Origin: a virus
Lineage: Duplodnaviria > Heunggongvirae > Uroviricota > Caudoviricetes
Length of the DNA stretch: 11,732 nt
Reading direction: 5' to 3' (one strand)
Virus record (IMG/VR): IMGVR_UViG_2548876857_000009
The notes under the pieces were generated by a model. The model searched no databases, was not told where the DNA came from, and saw only the letters and a list, made by a program, of their open reading frames with translations. Numbering within the stretch: the stretch's first letter is position 1; every line of letters starts with the position of its first letter. Below are positions 1 to 7,071 of this stretch, piece by piece. Position numbers and translations under genes: made by a program.

Positions 1-168
1 TTTTGGTGTTTTGCCCTGACGCTCATCACGCAGTTGTTTGACCCATCTTGTCATTATGGAAAGGCCGATATCCATAGCTTTGGCGGCATCTGCCACCGTG
101 CAGTTCTGGTCAACAACCAGTTGAGCGGATTCGCGTTTAAACTCTGCGCTGAAATTTCTTTTTTTCAT
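1..168 (-). CDS. IS911-type transposase OrfA (HTH DNA-binding subunit), N-terminal 56 codons only; the rest lies outside the window
   Basis: Minus-strand ATG at 166-168, then [56 protein letters not shown], near-identical to IS911 OrfA as I remember it. The frame is open to the window edge. Confidence 0.8.
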   Translation of the reverse strand, partial: MKKRNFSAEFKRESAQLVVDQNCTVADAAKAMDIGLSIMTRWVKQLRDERQGKTPK

Positions 169-240
169 TGGAGCACCTGTGTTGTTCTGAGGTGAGCATA
201 TCACCTCTGTTCAGGTGGCCAAATTCAGTGTGCCACTACA
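1..240 (-). mobile_element. Left end of an IS911-like (IS3 family) insertion sequence; only ~240 bp lie in the window and the element continues past the window start
   Basis: Minus strand read from ~240 gives TGTAGTGGCACACTGAATTTGGCCACCTGAACAGAGG..., a TG-initiated terminal repeat as in IS3-family ends, followed ~70 nt later by the orfA start. I recognise the terminus and the OrfA N-terminus as IS911 from memory; not database-verified. Confidence 0.8.
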
Positions 241-1415
241 AAGTAAGCCCACCACTGCATCATCGGACGACGTTGCTCAAGGTAATCACTGCGGTTGTAA
301 GCGCGACGTACCTCATTTTTGTCTACATGAGCCAGTGCTGCTTCAATGACATCAGGCGGGAATCCTTCCTCATTGAGTGCCGTACTAGCGATAGAGCGTA
401 AACCGTGTGATACGAGTACGCCTCCTAAGCCAGCACGCTTAAGTGCGGCATTAACTGTTTGGCTGTTCATTGGCTGGGTTGGTTTGATGCGACTGGGAAA
501 GATAAACTCTCGGCCACCACTGAGTGACTTCATCATTTCCAGAATAGAAAGAGCCTCATCCGATAGTGGAACCGTATGGTCTCGGTTCATCTTCATACGA
601 GCTGCTGGAATTTTCCATTCTTTAGCACTGAAATCGATCTCATCCCATCGTGCCTCAGCGGCTTCGGCAGGGCGGGTAATGGTGAGAAGCTGCCACATGA
701 ACAAGCACCGCGTTGACATACTGATACTTGCTGTACGCATTGTTTGCATTAACTGTGGAAGCTGATCCGGACGGATACTCGGCATGTTTTTCTTTTGCGG
801 TTTCTCGAACGCTTTTCCGATATTTACACTGGGAACTGCATCAATCAGGCCTGTGTTCTGCGCATAAATCATGACTTCGTTAATACGCTGACAAAGGCGG
901 CGAACAGTCTCTAATGCACCTCTGGCCTGAACCGGCTGAACAGCTTTAACCAGAGTATGAGCCTAAATCTCAGTGACGCTGATATCACCGATTGCTGGGA
1001 AAACATCTCTCTCAAGCGAGCGCCAGATATCGTCGGCATAGTCCTCTGTTACGCTGGCTTTCTTCACATTCCACCAACGCTCGGCAACTAACAAGAAGGT
1101 GTTGGTTTTGGCCTCTTGAGAATTCCTCACCTGTTCTTTCTGGTGTTCCTGAGGATCAATATCTTTTGCCAACAAAACTCGAGATTCAGCTCTGAGTTTA
1201 CGCGCATGAGAAAGGGAGACAGCAGGGTAGGCACCGAAGCTCTGCTTGGTTCGCTGTTTGGTTAGAGGCCGATAGTAACGGAACTGCCAGAGCTTACTAC
1301 CGCTGGACTTTATTAACAGGGTCAGCCCATCACCATCATAAAGCTGGTAATCGGCATCTTTAGGTTTGGCGGCTTTGATTTCCGTATCGGTTAACGGCTT
1401 GGTTTTTCTTGCCAT
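225..1415 (-). pseudogene. int: P4-type tyrosine integrase, disrupted by an in-frame TAG at 963-965 and by replacement of its C-terminal end with the IS911 terminus
   Basis: ORF-track ORFs 963..1451 and 225..872 are in the same minus-strand frame, separated only by one TAG. Joined, they align end to end with the intact integrase at 10521..11732 (MARKTKPLTDTEIKA vs MARTTRPLTNTEVLRA, and HGLRSIASTALNEEGFPPDVIEAALAHVDKNEVRRAYNRS in both). Start taken at the ATG at 1413-1415, preceded by GGAG. The last ~5 codons and stop (225-242) fall inside the IS terminus. Confidence 0.8.
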
Positions 1416-1434
1416 GGGGAGTCTCCATGCGTTT

Positions 1435-1471
1435 AGGCCCAACGAAAACAATAGAGCTTTTCGTTGGGCCT
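1435..1471. repeat. Perfect 14-bp inverted repeat (AGGCCCAACGAAAA / TTTTCGTTGGGCCT) with 9-nt spacer, ~20 nt upstream of the int pseudogene start
   Basis: Read directly from the sequence; function unknown (possible operator or 5'-UTR hairpin). Confidence 0.5.
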
Positions 1472-1535
1472 ATCAATGGGCCTAAAAGGTTCGGATTTAA
1501 TTAGTTCTCTTCGGACTTCGCGGGACAAATTGAAG

Positions 1536-1572
1536 ACACAAAAAAGCCCGCAGGGCTTGTGCCGTGCGGGCT
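1536..1572 (-). terminator. Rho-independent terminator on the minus strand
   Basis: 8-bp GC-rich stem AGCCCGCA/TGCGGGCT (1545-1552 and 1565-1572) with 12-nt loop, followed on the minus strand by UUUUUGUGU. It lies downstream of the alpha-crr transcript and of the tRNA-3'-end-like segment. Confidence 0.6.
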
Positions 1573-1618
1573 CTTAGGACTTCATCGGATGACTCTGGTA
1601 ATCACCGATGGAGAATTT

Positions 1619-1640
1619 TGGTGGGCTGGCGGAGTTTGAA
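1619..1640 (-). other. Candidate att core or direct repeat: tRNA/tmRNA 3'-end-like segment ending in CCACCA on the minus strand
   Basis: Plus strand TGGTGGGCTGGCGGAGTTTGAA reads on the minus strand as TTCAAACTCCGCCAGCCCACCA. From memory this resembles the 3' end of E. coli ssrA/tmRNA (…TTCAACTCCCGCCAGCTCCACCA). It sits ~200 bp upstream of the integrase start on the same strand, the usual geometry for tRNA-integrated P4-type elements. No full tRNA is present here. Confidence 0.35.
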
Positions 1641-1775
1641 TAAATATTATATCGCTTTGATTTTTAACGATTTTGTTTAATTCAGTTTTTGTGCGTATAC
1701 CTAATCGTATACCAATGGCTGTAAGTTAATGTGAAATGAAAGCGCATTTTTACTTGGATTGATGCTATATCGTAC

Positions 1776-1910
1776 AGGAAAAAAAATTTTTTTTCGAAAG
1801 AACTGTTCACACTGTTCACCTTTCTGTTTTCTCCTTTTATTTCATAGTGATAGGTGGTGAATAATGGGTGAAGGGTGAACATTCGATTCTTCACCTCCGG
1901 CATTCTGCCG
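1776..1910. repeat. crr (cis replication region) direct repeat copy 1, with type-I iteron octamers
   Basis: Contains TGTTCACACTGTTCACC and the inverted GGTGAA...GGTGAAGGGTGAAC. Near-identical to copy 2 exactly 180 bp downstream (1803 aligns to 1983). Confidence 0.8.
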
Positions 1911-1955
1911 GTGTGACTCATACCGGTGATTAATCCTCCGCACTGAAATCACTCA

Positions 1956-2090
1956 GGAAGAAAAAAGTTTTTTTTGATTTGATTGTTCACACTGTTCACC
2001 TTTCGTTTTTCTCTTTTAATTTCAGTGTGATAACGGGTGAATATACGGTGAAGGGTGAACAGTGGATTGTTCACCTTCGGGGGATTCAGG
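1956..2090. repeat. crr direct repeat copy 2
   Basis: Same octamer arrangement as copy 1 at 180-bp period. Matches the P4 crr description (two ~120-bp direct repeats separated by ~60 bp) located just downstream of alpha. Confidence 0.8.
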
Positions 2091-2134
2091 GATGAAAAAA
2101 GACCGGCAGATGCCGGTCAGATGAGTCATGAGGG

Positions 2135-4468
2135 TCAGGTTGTTGCAGGGTCGTCACATTTTGGCAGCCAGTCGCCGTAGCTTTCCTCTTTCAGTGTCAG
2201 GTTGGTCTGTATCCCCTGTTTGGTATGGCGCTTCTCGTAATTCAGTCCGTATTCCTTCAGCATCACCGGCAGCCCCAGCCCGAACATTTTCAGGCTGAGT
2301 ACATTCCGGTAGCCGTTTGCCTCCATGTAGGCCAGATAGGCGTGATAGAGGTATTTACGGTAATTACGCGGGATGATACTGGCGTTCCCCATATACATGC
2401 CGCTGGTCTGCGGCAGGGTTTCCAGATAGCCGATAAAATCAAACGTCGGGTCGGCATCCCGTTTGATGTTCAGTGCCTCGTCTGAGTTCTGCTGGGACTG
2501 AAGCAGTGACCGGGCGAGCATCGGGTCGCTGAACTTCTGCATCAGGTGACGCACGATGACCGCCAGCTCGCGGGTGATTTTGTCCTTAAGCTGCGGGTCG
2601 CGCTCCTGCGGGGCTATCTGTTCCGGGAAGTGAATAATCACCCGCCGGCGTGACACGCCGCCGCTGCGGTCGGTGAAGCGCATCGGGTTATTGTTCACGG
2701 CCAGAATCACCGCCGGGATGTGCGTGGAGTATGCATCCCGGTATTTCGGGTCAACGGACACCGCATCGCCGCCGGTGATGGCCTTGAGTCCGGCACCGTC
2801 GCCGCTCCATTTTTCCTGGTCCGGCAGGCGTATCAGTGAGAAGCCAGTTAACGCGGCACGTTCACGCGGGGATTCCAGCGTCTCGATGGTGGCCGACGTG
2901 GCGTTATCCTCCCCGGCCAGCAGGGTGGCTATTTCGGCCATGATACTTTTGCCGCTGCCGCCGGGACCGGTCACCTCCAGAAAGAGCTGCCAGTCGTAGC
3001 GGTTTGCCAGCACCATAAACAGTGCGGCCAGAATCACGTCGCGTTTTTCCGCACGGCCACCGGCGGCACGGTCAAGCCAGCGCCAGAACGCGGGGGCGTG
3101 GGTTTCCAGCGTTTCCCCTTCCACCGGCGGGGTGAAATCCACATCGCACAGGGTGCGCATCCAGTGTGACGGACTGTGCGGGTGGAACGTGCCGTTCTGC
3201 GTGTCGAGCACGCCGTTACGAAAGCCAATCAGGCGGCGGGAGGGGGCTTCCTGCTGCGGAATAATCAGCTTCAGGGTGTCCACCACGGAGGCCACCTTCC
3301 CGGAGGAGAACGGCGCACGCAGCCGCTGAAACAGCCCGGCCACATCCCGGGCAAAGTCCTGTGGTGGCAGCACCTTCCAGACACCATTTTCATAACGGGA
3401 CAGAAGCTGGCCGTTGGCATCGACCGCGAGCGCCTCGCCGTAATGCTCATAGATACGCATGGCCTTTTCGCTGGTACTCATGGCGGAAAACTCCGCTTCG
3501 CTCATGGTGTCGAACGGGCTTTCAGCCGGTGGCCGGATGGCATCGTAAATGGCCTTACGGGTGGCTTCCCCGCCGTACTGCGTGAAGGCATCATTCCAGT
3601 CACCGAAGACCGGCGGCAGGGCAACAACACCTTCACACGCATCTGCGGCTGCGGCGGCTTTTTTCTGGCCGTCACCGCTGAGGTCACGGTCTGCGGCAAG
3701 GACAATCTGACAGGCCGGATGCTTCTGCCGGGCAAGGCTGGCCAGAGAAAAGAGGTTCACGGAAGAAAGCGCCACCATCACCGTTTCACCGGTCAGGTGA
3801 TGTACGGTAAGTGCGGTCGCGTATCCCTCCGCTATCCACAGACGTTTTCCGGCCTGATTCTGTCCTTCAAGGATGTGACAGGTGCCCCTGACCTGCCCGC
3901 CTTTCAGGGTGCGCTTACGGCCGTCAGCGCTGATTAACTGAAGGTTAACCAGTTCGCCGCTGTCGTCATACAGTGGCACCACAAGGTCACCGGCGCGCCA
4001 GCTCACGCCACCGGCTCTGTGTGTGCCGGTCAGCATCCGGCATTCCCGGCCGGGAAAGCCCTTGCGGGTCAGGTAGGCGTTACCGGTTCCGGTACGGGTT
4101 TTCGCCATCAGGGTTTGTGCCAGTGCGGCGGCGTTCTTCCGGGCAGCGTCTGTTTCAGCGCCGGCGGCGGCCGTCACTGCCGGGTCAGCCGGGGGCAGGC
4201 TGCCGGTCACGGCAGCCACCTTTGCGGCCGCGTCGGACGGGGAAACACCAAACACCTTTTCAACCAGTTTCAGGCCGTCACCGGCACCACACTGATTGCA
4301 GTACCAGGTGCCGCGCCCCTCCCTGTCATCAAAACGGAAGCGGTCACTCCCGCCACAGACCGGACAGGGCTGATGACGGTTCTTAAGCACCTGAATCCCC
4401 AGCGCCGGGAGAATACGCGGCCAGTGGCCGAGCGCATGGCTGACGGTGGCGGTTACGTTCATTTTCAT
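2135..4468 (-). CDS. alpha: P4 alpha-type replication protein: N-terminal zinc-binding primase fused to a D5/SF3-type helicase
   Basis: 777 aa, the same length as P4 alpha. N-terminal Cys motif CPVCGGSDRFRFDD...CNQCG; Walker A VTGPGGSGKS in the C-terminal half. RBS AAGGAGAA 8 nt upstream of the ATG at 4468. Sits between cnr and crr as in P4. Confidence 0.9.
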   Translation of the reverse strand: MKMNVTATVSHALGHWPRILPALGIQVLKNRHQPCPVCGGSDRFRFDDREGRGTWYCNQCGAGDGLKLVEKVFGVSPSDAAAKVAAVTGSLPPADPAVTAAAGAETDAARKNAAALAQTLMAKTRTGTGNAYLTRKGFPGRECRMLTGTHRAGGVSWRAGDLVVPLYDDSGELVNLQLISADGRKRTLKGGQVRGTCHILEGQNQAGKRLWIAEGYATALTVHHLTGETVMVALSSVNLFSLASLARQKHPACQIVLAADRDLSGDGQKKAAAAADACEGVVALPPVFGDWNDAFTQYGGEATRKAIYDAIRPPAESPFDTMSEAEFSAMSTSEKAMRIYEHYGEALAVDANGQLLSRYENGVWKVLPPQDFARDVAGLFQRLRAPFSSGKVASVVDTLKLIIPQQEAPSRRLIGFRNGVLDTQNGTFHPHSPSHWMRTLCDVDFTPPVEGETLETHAPAFWRWLDRAAGGRAEKRDVILAALFMVLANRYDWQLFLEVTGPGGSGKSIMAEIATLLAGEDNATSATIETLESPRERAALTGFSLIRLPDQEKWSGDGAGLKAITGGDAVSVDPKYRDAYSTHIPAVILAVNNNPMRFTDRSGGVSRRRVIIHFPEQIAPQERDPQLKDKITRELAVIVRHLMQKFSDPMLARSLLQSQQNSDEALNIKRDADPTFDFIGYLETLPQTSGMYMGNASIIPRNYRKYLYHAYLAYMEANGYRNVLSLKMFGLGLPVMLKEYGLNYEKRHTKQGIQTNLTLKEESYGDWLPKCDDPATT

Positions 4469-4482
4469 GGTGTTGTTCTCCT

Positions 4483-4803
4483 TCAGTGCAGTACCGGCGC
4501 TTTTATGTGACGGGCACAGAGTTCATCCATCACAACCAGCCCGAGAAAGGACAGCGACGGCGCGGCCTTCAGGGGGCCGGATTCCATTAAATCTTCCAGC
4601 AGGGCACAGGCTATCTGACGCCCTTTTTCCTCACCGTGCTGGCGCAGATAAAAGCCTTCCAGCTCAGCGGCGATGGCCGCCTCCAGTGATTCAAGGGTGA
4701 GATGCGGGTAGCGGTGCTGACGTTCGCACACGGTCAGCCAGGCACAGGCGACAGCACGACGGTAAAGGGCTGCGCGTAAGACGGGCGGTAAGGGTGTTTT
4801 CAT
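4483..4803 (-). CDS. cnr: Cnr-like copy-number regulator (P4 orf106 equivalent)
   Basis: 106 aa, immediately upstream of alpha on the same strand; RBS GGGAGG 8 nt before the ATG. Assigned by size and position as remembered for P4; no sequence memory to confirm. Confidence 0.6.
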
Positions 4804-4938
4804 TTGCTTTCCTCCCTGTGACAGATGACTGCATTCCGTGCCGGTTGCATTAACTGATAAGGCATATCTGCGTCTCCTGAAGACGTGCGTATCCCTGCGC
4901 GAATACGCACATTTAATTTTTCGGGTGTCGTTTTTTAA

Positions 4939-5394
4939 TTACAGATAATTGCGGTAACTGTTATCCGGGGTGATTTCCGGGTCAGGCTCCGTGCGGGGAA
5001 TTTCCCGCCATTCCCGCGCCACCGGTGCCGCCCGGCTGACCGGAACAGGGTCCTGCGGGTAAATATCCAGATATTTCTCCCGCCATTTCTGTAATTCCGG
5101 GTCTCCGGCCATTTCTTTCAGTACCGCATGCCGGTTTACGGGGCTGCGTTTAAACAGGTCAGGACGGTCACAGGTAAATTCCCGCAGAAAACGCCCCAGC
5201 GGGATGTCTGTGGTGCGCCCGTCAGCGAGGATACGCACAAGGATACTGAATTTACGGCGGTACGGGTTCCAGACAATGTCCGGGCAGCGGTACGGCATTT
5301 CCCACGGAATACCGTCTTCCAGAATGCCGACCACGGCCACATCGGGAAAACCGGCAGAACGGTAAATCTCACCGGGCTGGGGAAAATCAAACAT
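4939..5394 (-). CDS. Hypothetical protein, P4 orf151 equivalent
   Basis: 151 aa ORF in the position of P4 orf151, upstream of cnr. Its start overlaps the stop of the upstream ORF, suggesting operon coupling. Confidence 0.6.
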   Translation of the reverse strand: MFDFPQPGEIYRSAGFPDVAVVGILEDGIPWEMPYRCPDIVWNPYRRKFSILVRILADGRTTDIPLGRFLREFTCDRPDLFKRSPVNRHAVLKEMAGDPELQKWREKYLDIYPQDPVPVSRAAPVAREWREIPRTEPDPEITPDNSYRNYL

Positions 5395-5674
5395 GCGTCT
5401 TGTCTCCCCGGTCTTTCTGCTGGGCGAGAAAATCGCGGCACAGGCCTTTGGCTTTCAGCTCATTCAGCACAAAATCAATATCTTCATTCAGGTAGCTGAA
5501 AATATGCGGAATGTAGAGCTGATGCAGGCCGGAGAGTTCACGGTGAATCAAATCACCCCCAACAAACTGGGATACGGCGCTGGCGCGGTTGAGCTTATGG
5601 TAAGCCTCAATGCTGAGGTGTTCACGGGCGTCATGACGCGCTGAGACGGTCTGAGGGGCTTTTTTATTACGCAC
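5387..5674 (-). CDS. Hypothetical 95-aa protein, GTG-initiated; possible P4 epsilon (eps) equivalent by position
   Basis: The frame has no internal Met. GTG at 5672-5674 is preceded by GGAGG at 6-nt spacing and overlaps the stop of the upstream 65-aa ORF (GTGCGTAA). The eps name is a positional guess only. Confidence 0.5.
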   Translation of the reverse strand: MRNKKAPQTVSARHDAREHLSIEAYHKLNRASAVSQFVGGDLIHRELSGLHQLYIPHIFSYLNEDIDFVLNELKAKGLCRDFLAQQKDRGDKTHV

Positions 5675-5864
5675 GGGACACCTCCACCACCGGCAGACGG
5701 GCAGCAAGGGAGAGCACATAGTCACGGACAAGGGAACGGCGGGCGCTGCGTTCATCACCGGCGACGGTGCGAAGCATACAGATACGGGGATGACGGTCTG
5801 CGCGACGGACAGCCGCAAACACAAAGACAAATTCAGGGTGTGAAGGGGTAAGGGTTGTAGCCAT
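5667..5864 (-). CDS. Hypothetical 65-aa protein of the early-left operon (kil/eta region)
   Basis: ATG at 5862-5864 preceded by AAGGAG at 8-nt spacing. It is the 3' part of the ORF-track frame 5667..6302, whose upstream portion I regard as noncoding. Confidence 0.5.
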   Translation of the reverse strand: MATTLTPSHPEFVFVFAAVRRADRHPRICMLRTVAGDERSARRSLVRDYVLSLAARLPVVEVSRA

Positions 5865-5929
5865 AAGGCAGTCTCCTTCGAGTAGCAAATAACTGCTATC
5901 GCCGGAGTTCCTACGCTCGATGGCGATAG

Positions 5930-6000
5930 CCCAGACGGGGGTAGGAATACCGGCCTCGAAGAATACCGGCCAGCCCGGAGGCTGCCCCGCCTGAGCTACC
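5930..6000 (-). ncRNA. Candidate CI-RNA-like immunity RNA (seqB-like element); approximate boundaries
   Basis: On the minus-strand transcript AUUCCUACCCCC (plus 5937-5947) is complementary to GCGUAGGAAC, which occurs upstream (plus 6150-6159) and downstream (plus 5907-5916). This is the seqA-seqB-seqC arrangement of P4 immunity. The region also has tRNA-like motifs (GGUAGCUCAGG, UUCGAGG), consistent with RNase P processing. No convincing ORF with an RBS. Confidence 0.3.
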
Positions 6001-6253
6001 ATTGACTCAGTGGCATAACATGCGATTGCGAACAGGATCATACCTGCACGGCAAACCACACGCCACACCATAATCTGGCGCTCTGTGGCGTTGATTGCGA
6101 CACAAAAAAAGACGCATGGCGCGTCATATGTCGCCTTCGAGTTACACGGGTTCCTACGCCCGGCTGCCGATTTTGCGGCAGCGGAAAAACTATATCCGCA
6201 AATGCCGGAAAAAGGCAAGCCAGAAAAAGGGACTTTTTGCAGAGCGGGCATCA

Positions 6254-6520
6254 TCATGCGTCGTACCCCCGTTTGCGTCCGGCAATGCGTCCGGCCATCC
6301 ATGCGGTGACTTCAGAGTGCAGCCAGGCCACATTTTTACCGCCAAGACTCACCTGCGGCGGAAATTCCCCCTTACGGATGAGTTCGTAGATGGTCGAGCG
6401 TGACAGGCCGCACAGGTGCATCACTTCCGGAAGACGCAAAAAACGCTCCTGTGTGATGTCCGGCTGCGGCATCAGTGGCGTCACAGGGGCGGGAGACGGG
6501 GAAGAAAAAACAGCTTGCAT
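6254..6520 (-). CDS. vis: AlpA-family DNA-binding regulator, Vis-like (P4 orf88 equivalent)
   Basis: 88 aa. Motif [48 protein letters not shown] is typical of AlpA/Vis HTH proteins. RBS GAGGT 7 nt upstream. It is the first gene downstream of the leftward TGT-N12-ACA dyad. Confidence 0.75.
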   Translation of the reverse strand: MQAVFSSPSPAPVTPLMPQPDITQERFLRLPEVMHLCGLSRSTIYELIRKGEFPPQVSLGGKNVAWLHSEVTAWMAGRIAGRKRGYDA

Positions 6521-6622
6521 CGGGCTACCTCGTTAATGTCCATACAGCACCGGATAAGTCCGTCCGGCTTCGGGTAGCGCTTTATTTTGTGAATATTTTC
6601 AGCAGACGCAACAGGGGGAATT

Positions 6623-6640
6623 TGTTCCGGCAACCTTACA
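6623..6640 (-). promoter_or_regulatory. Candidate Delta/Ogr-dependent late promoter element (PLL-like) driving leftward transcription into vis
   Basis: TGT-tccggcaacctt-ACA (TGT, 12 nt, ACA). P2/P4 late promoters carry this dyad centred near -55, which would place the start ~50 nt upstream of the vis ATG. Confidence 0.45.
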
Positions 6641-6796
6641 ATGGCTGTGTGTTTTTTATCCATCCGGACTGGAAGGGTCTCAAAGGGTTCTGAAGGACCT
6701 GGAATTTTTTATAGTGAAATGCAAATTGTTTTTTCTTATTTATTTCAGTTAATTAATAAAAATAAACAGTAATAAACAGCATAAAAAGCCCATCAA

Positions 6797-6904
6797 CGGG
6801 TGAACAGTGGTGAACAGACGGTGAACAGTCATTACTGCGATTATTCACCCTTTAACTTACTGTATTACTTATCTTTTTTCTTATGGTGAACAGAGGTGAA
6901 CAGT
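6797..6904. repeat. ori-like iteron cluster (replication origin)
   Basis: GGTGAACAG three times in tandem (6798-6828), an inverted TTCACC (6845-6850), then GGTGAACAG twice (6886-6903): six octamers in an AT-rich context. The same octamer occurs in crr ~4.9 kb away, matching the P4 ori/crr arrangement. Confidence 0.75.
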
Positions 6905-6981
6905 AAAATATAAAAAAACAAACAGTAAGCCGGTTTTTCCTGCGACCTTTTCCTGGCTTGCCGGTCTGAGGATGAGTCTCC

Positions 6982-6999
6982 TGTGTCAGGGCTGGCACA
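6982..6999 (+). promoter_or_regulatory. Candidate Delta/Ogr-dependent late promoter element (Psid-like)
   Basis: TGT-gtcagggctggc-ACA dyad ~80 nt upstream of the sid ATG; possible -10 CACAAT near 7034-7039. Confidence 0.5.
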
Positions 7000-7071
7000 T
7001 CTGCAATGCGTCGTGTTGTTGTCCGGTGTACGTCACAATTCTCTCAACCTGAAGTGACGAGGAGCCGGAAA

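Noticed and set aside
346-765. 139-aa plus-strand ORF
   Set aside because: Antisense to the integrase C-terminal region, which has strong homology support; no RBS.
1619-1700. Complete tRNA or tmRNA gene on the minus strand
   Set aside because: Only the terminal ~22 nt look tRNA-like. The sequence upstream on that strand is AT-rich with no D-arm or anticodon-arm features.
1682-1921. 79-aa minus-strand ORF
   Set aside because: Spans the AT-rich spacer and crr repeat copy 1; the translation is dominated by repeat sequence; noncoding.
1776-2090. CRISPR array (also considered for 6797-6904)
   Set aside because: The repeats are 8-9-bp octamers in mixed orientation plus two long ~135-bp direct repeats. 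There are no regular 28-37-bp repeats with unique spacers and no cas genes.
3176-3937. 253-aa plus-strand ORF, with others at 2225-2485, 2673-2999, 3034-3228, 3361-3585, 3502-3735, 3973-4386 and 4019-4510
   Set aside because: All lie inside or antisense to the 777-aa alpha gene, have R/G/H/P-rich low-complexity translations typical of GC-rich antisense frames, and lack an RBS.
5667-6302. 211-aa minus-strand ORF from the track
   Set aside because: Only the last 65 codons (from the ATG at 5864, with AAGGAG RBS) look like a gene. The upstream part has odd composition, no RBS, and covers the region carrying the CI-RNA-like complementary repeats.
7006-7071. ORF-track start at 7006 for sid
   Set aside because: No RBS there. 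The ATG at 7072 follows GAGGAG and gives exactly 244 aa, the P4 Sid length.
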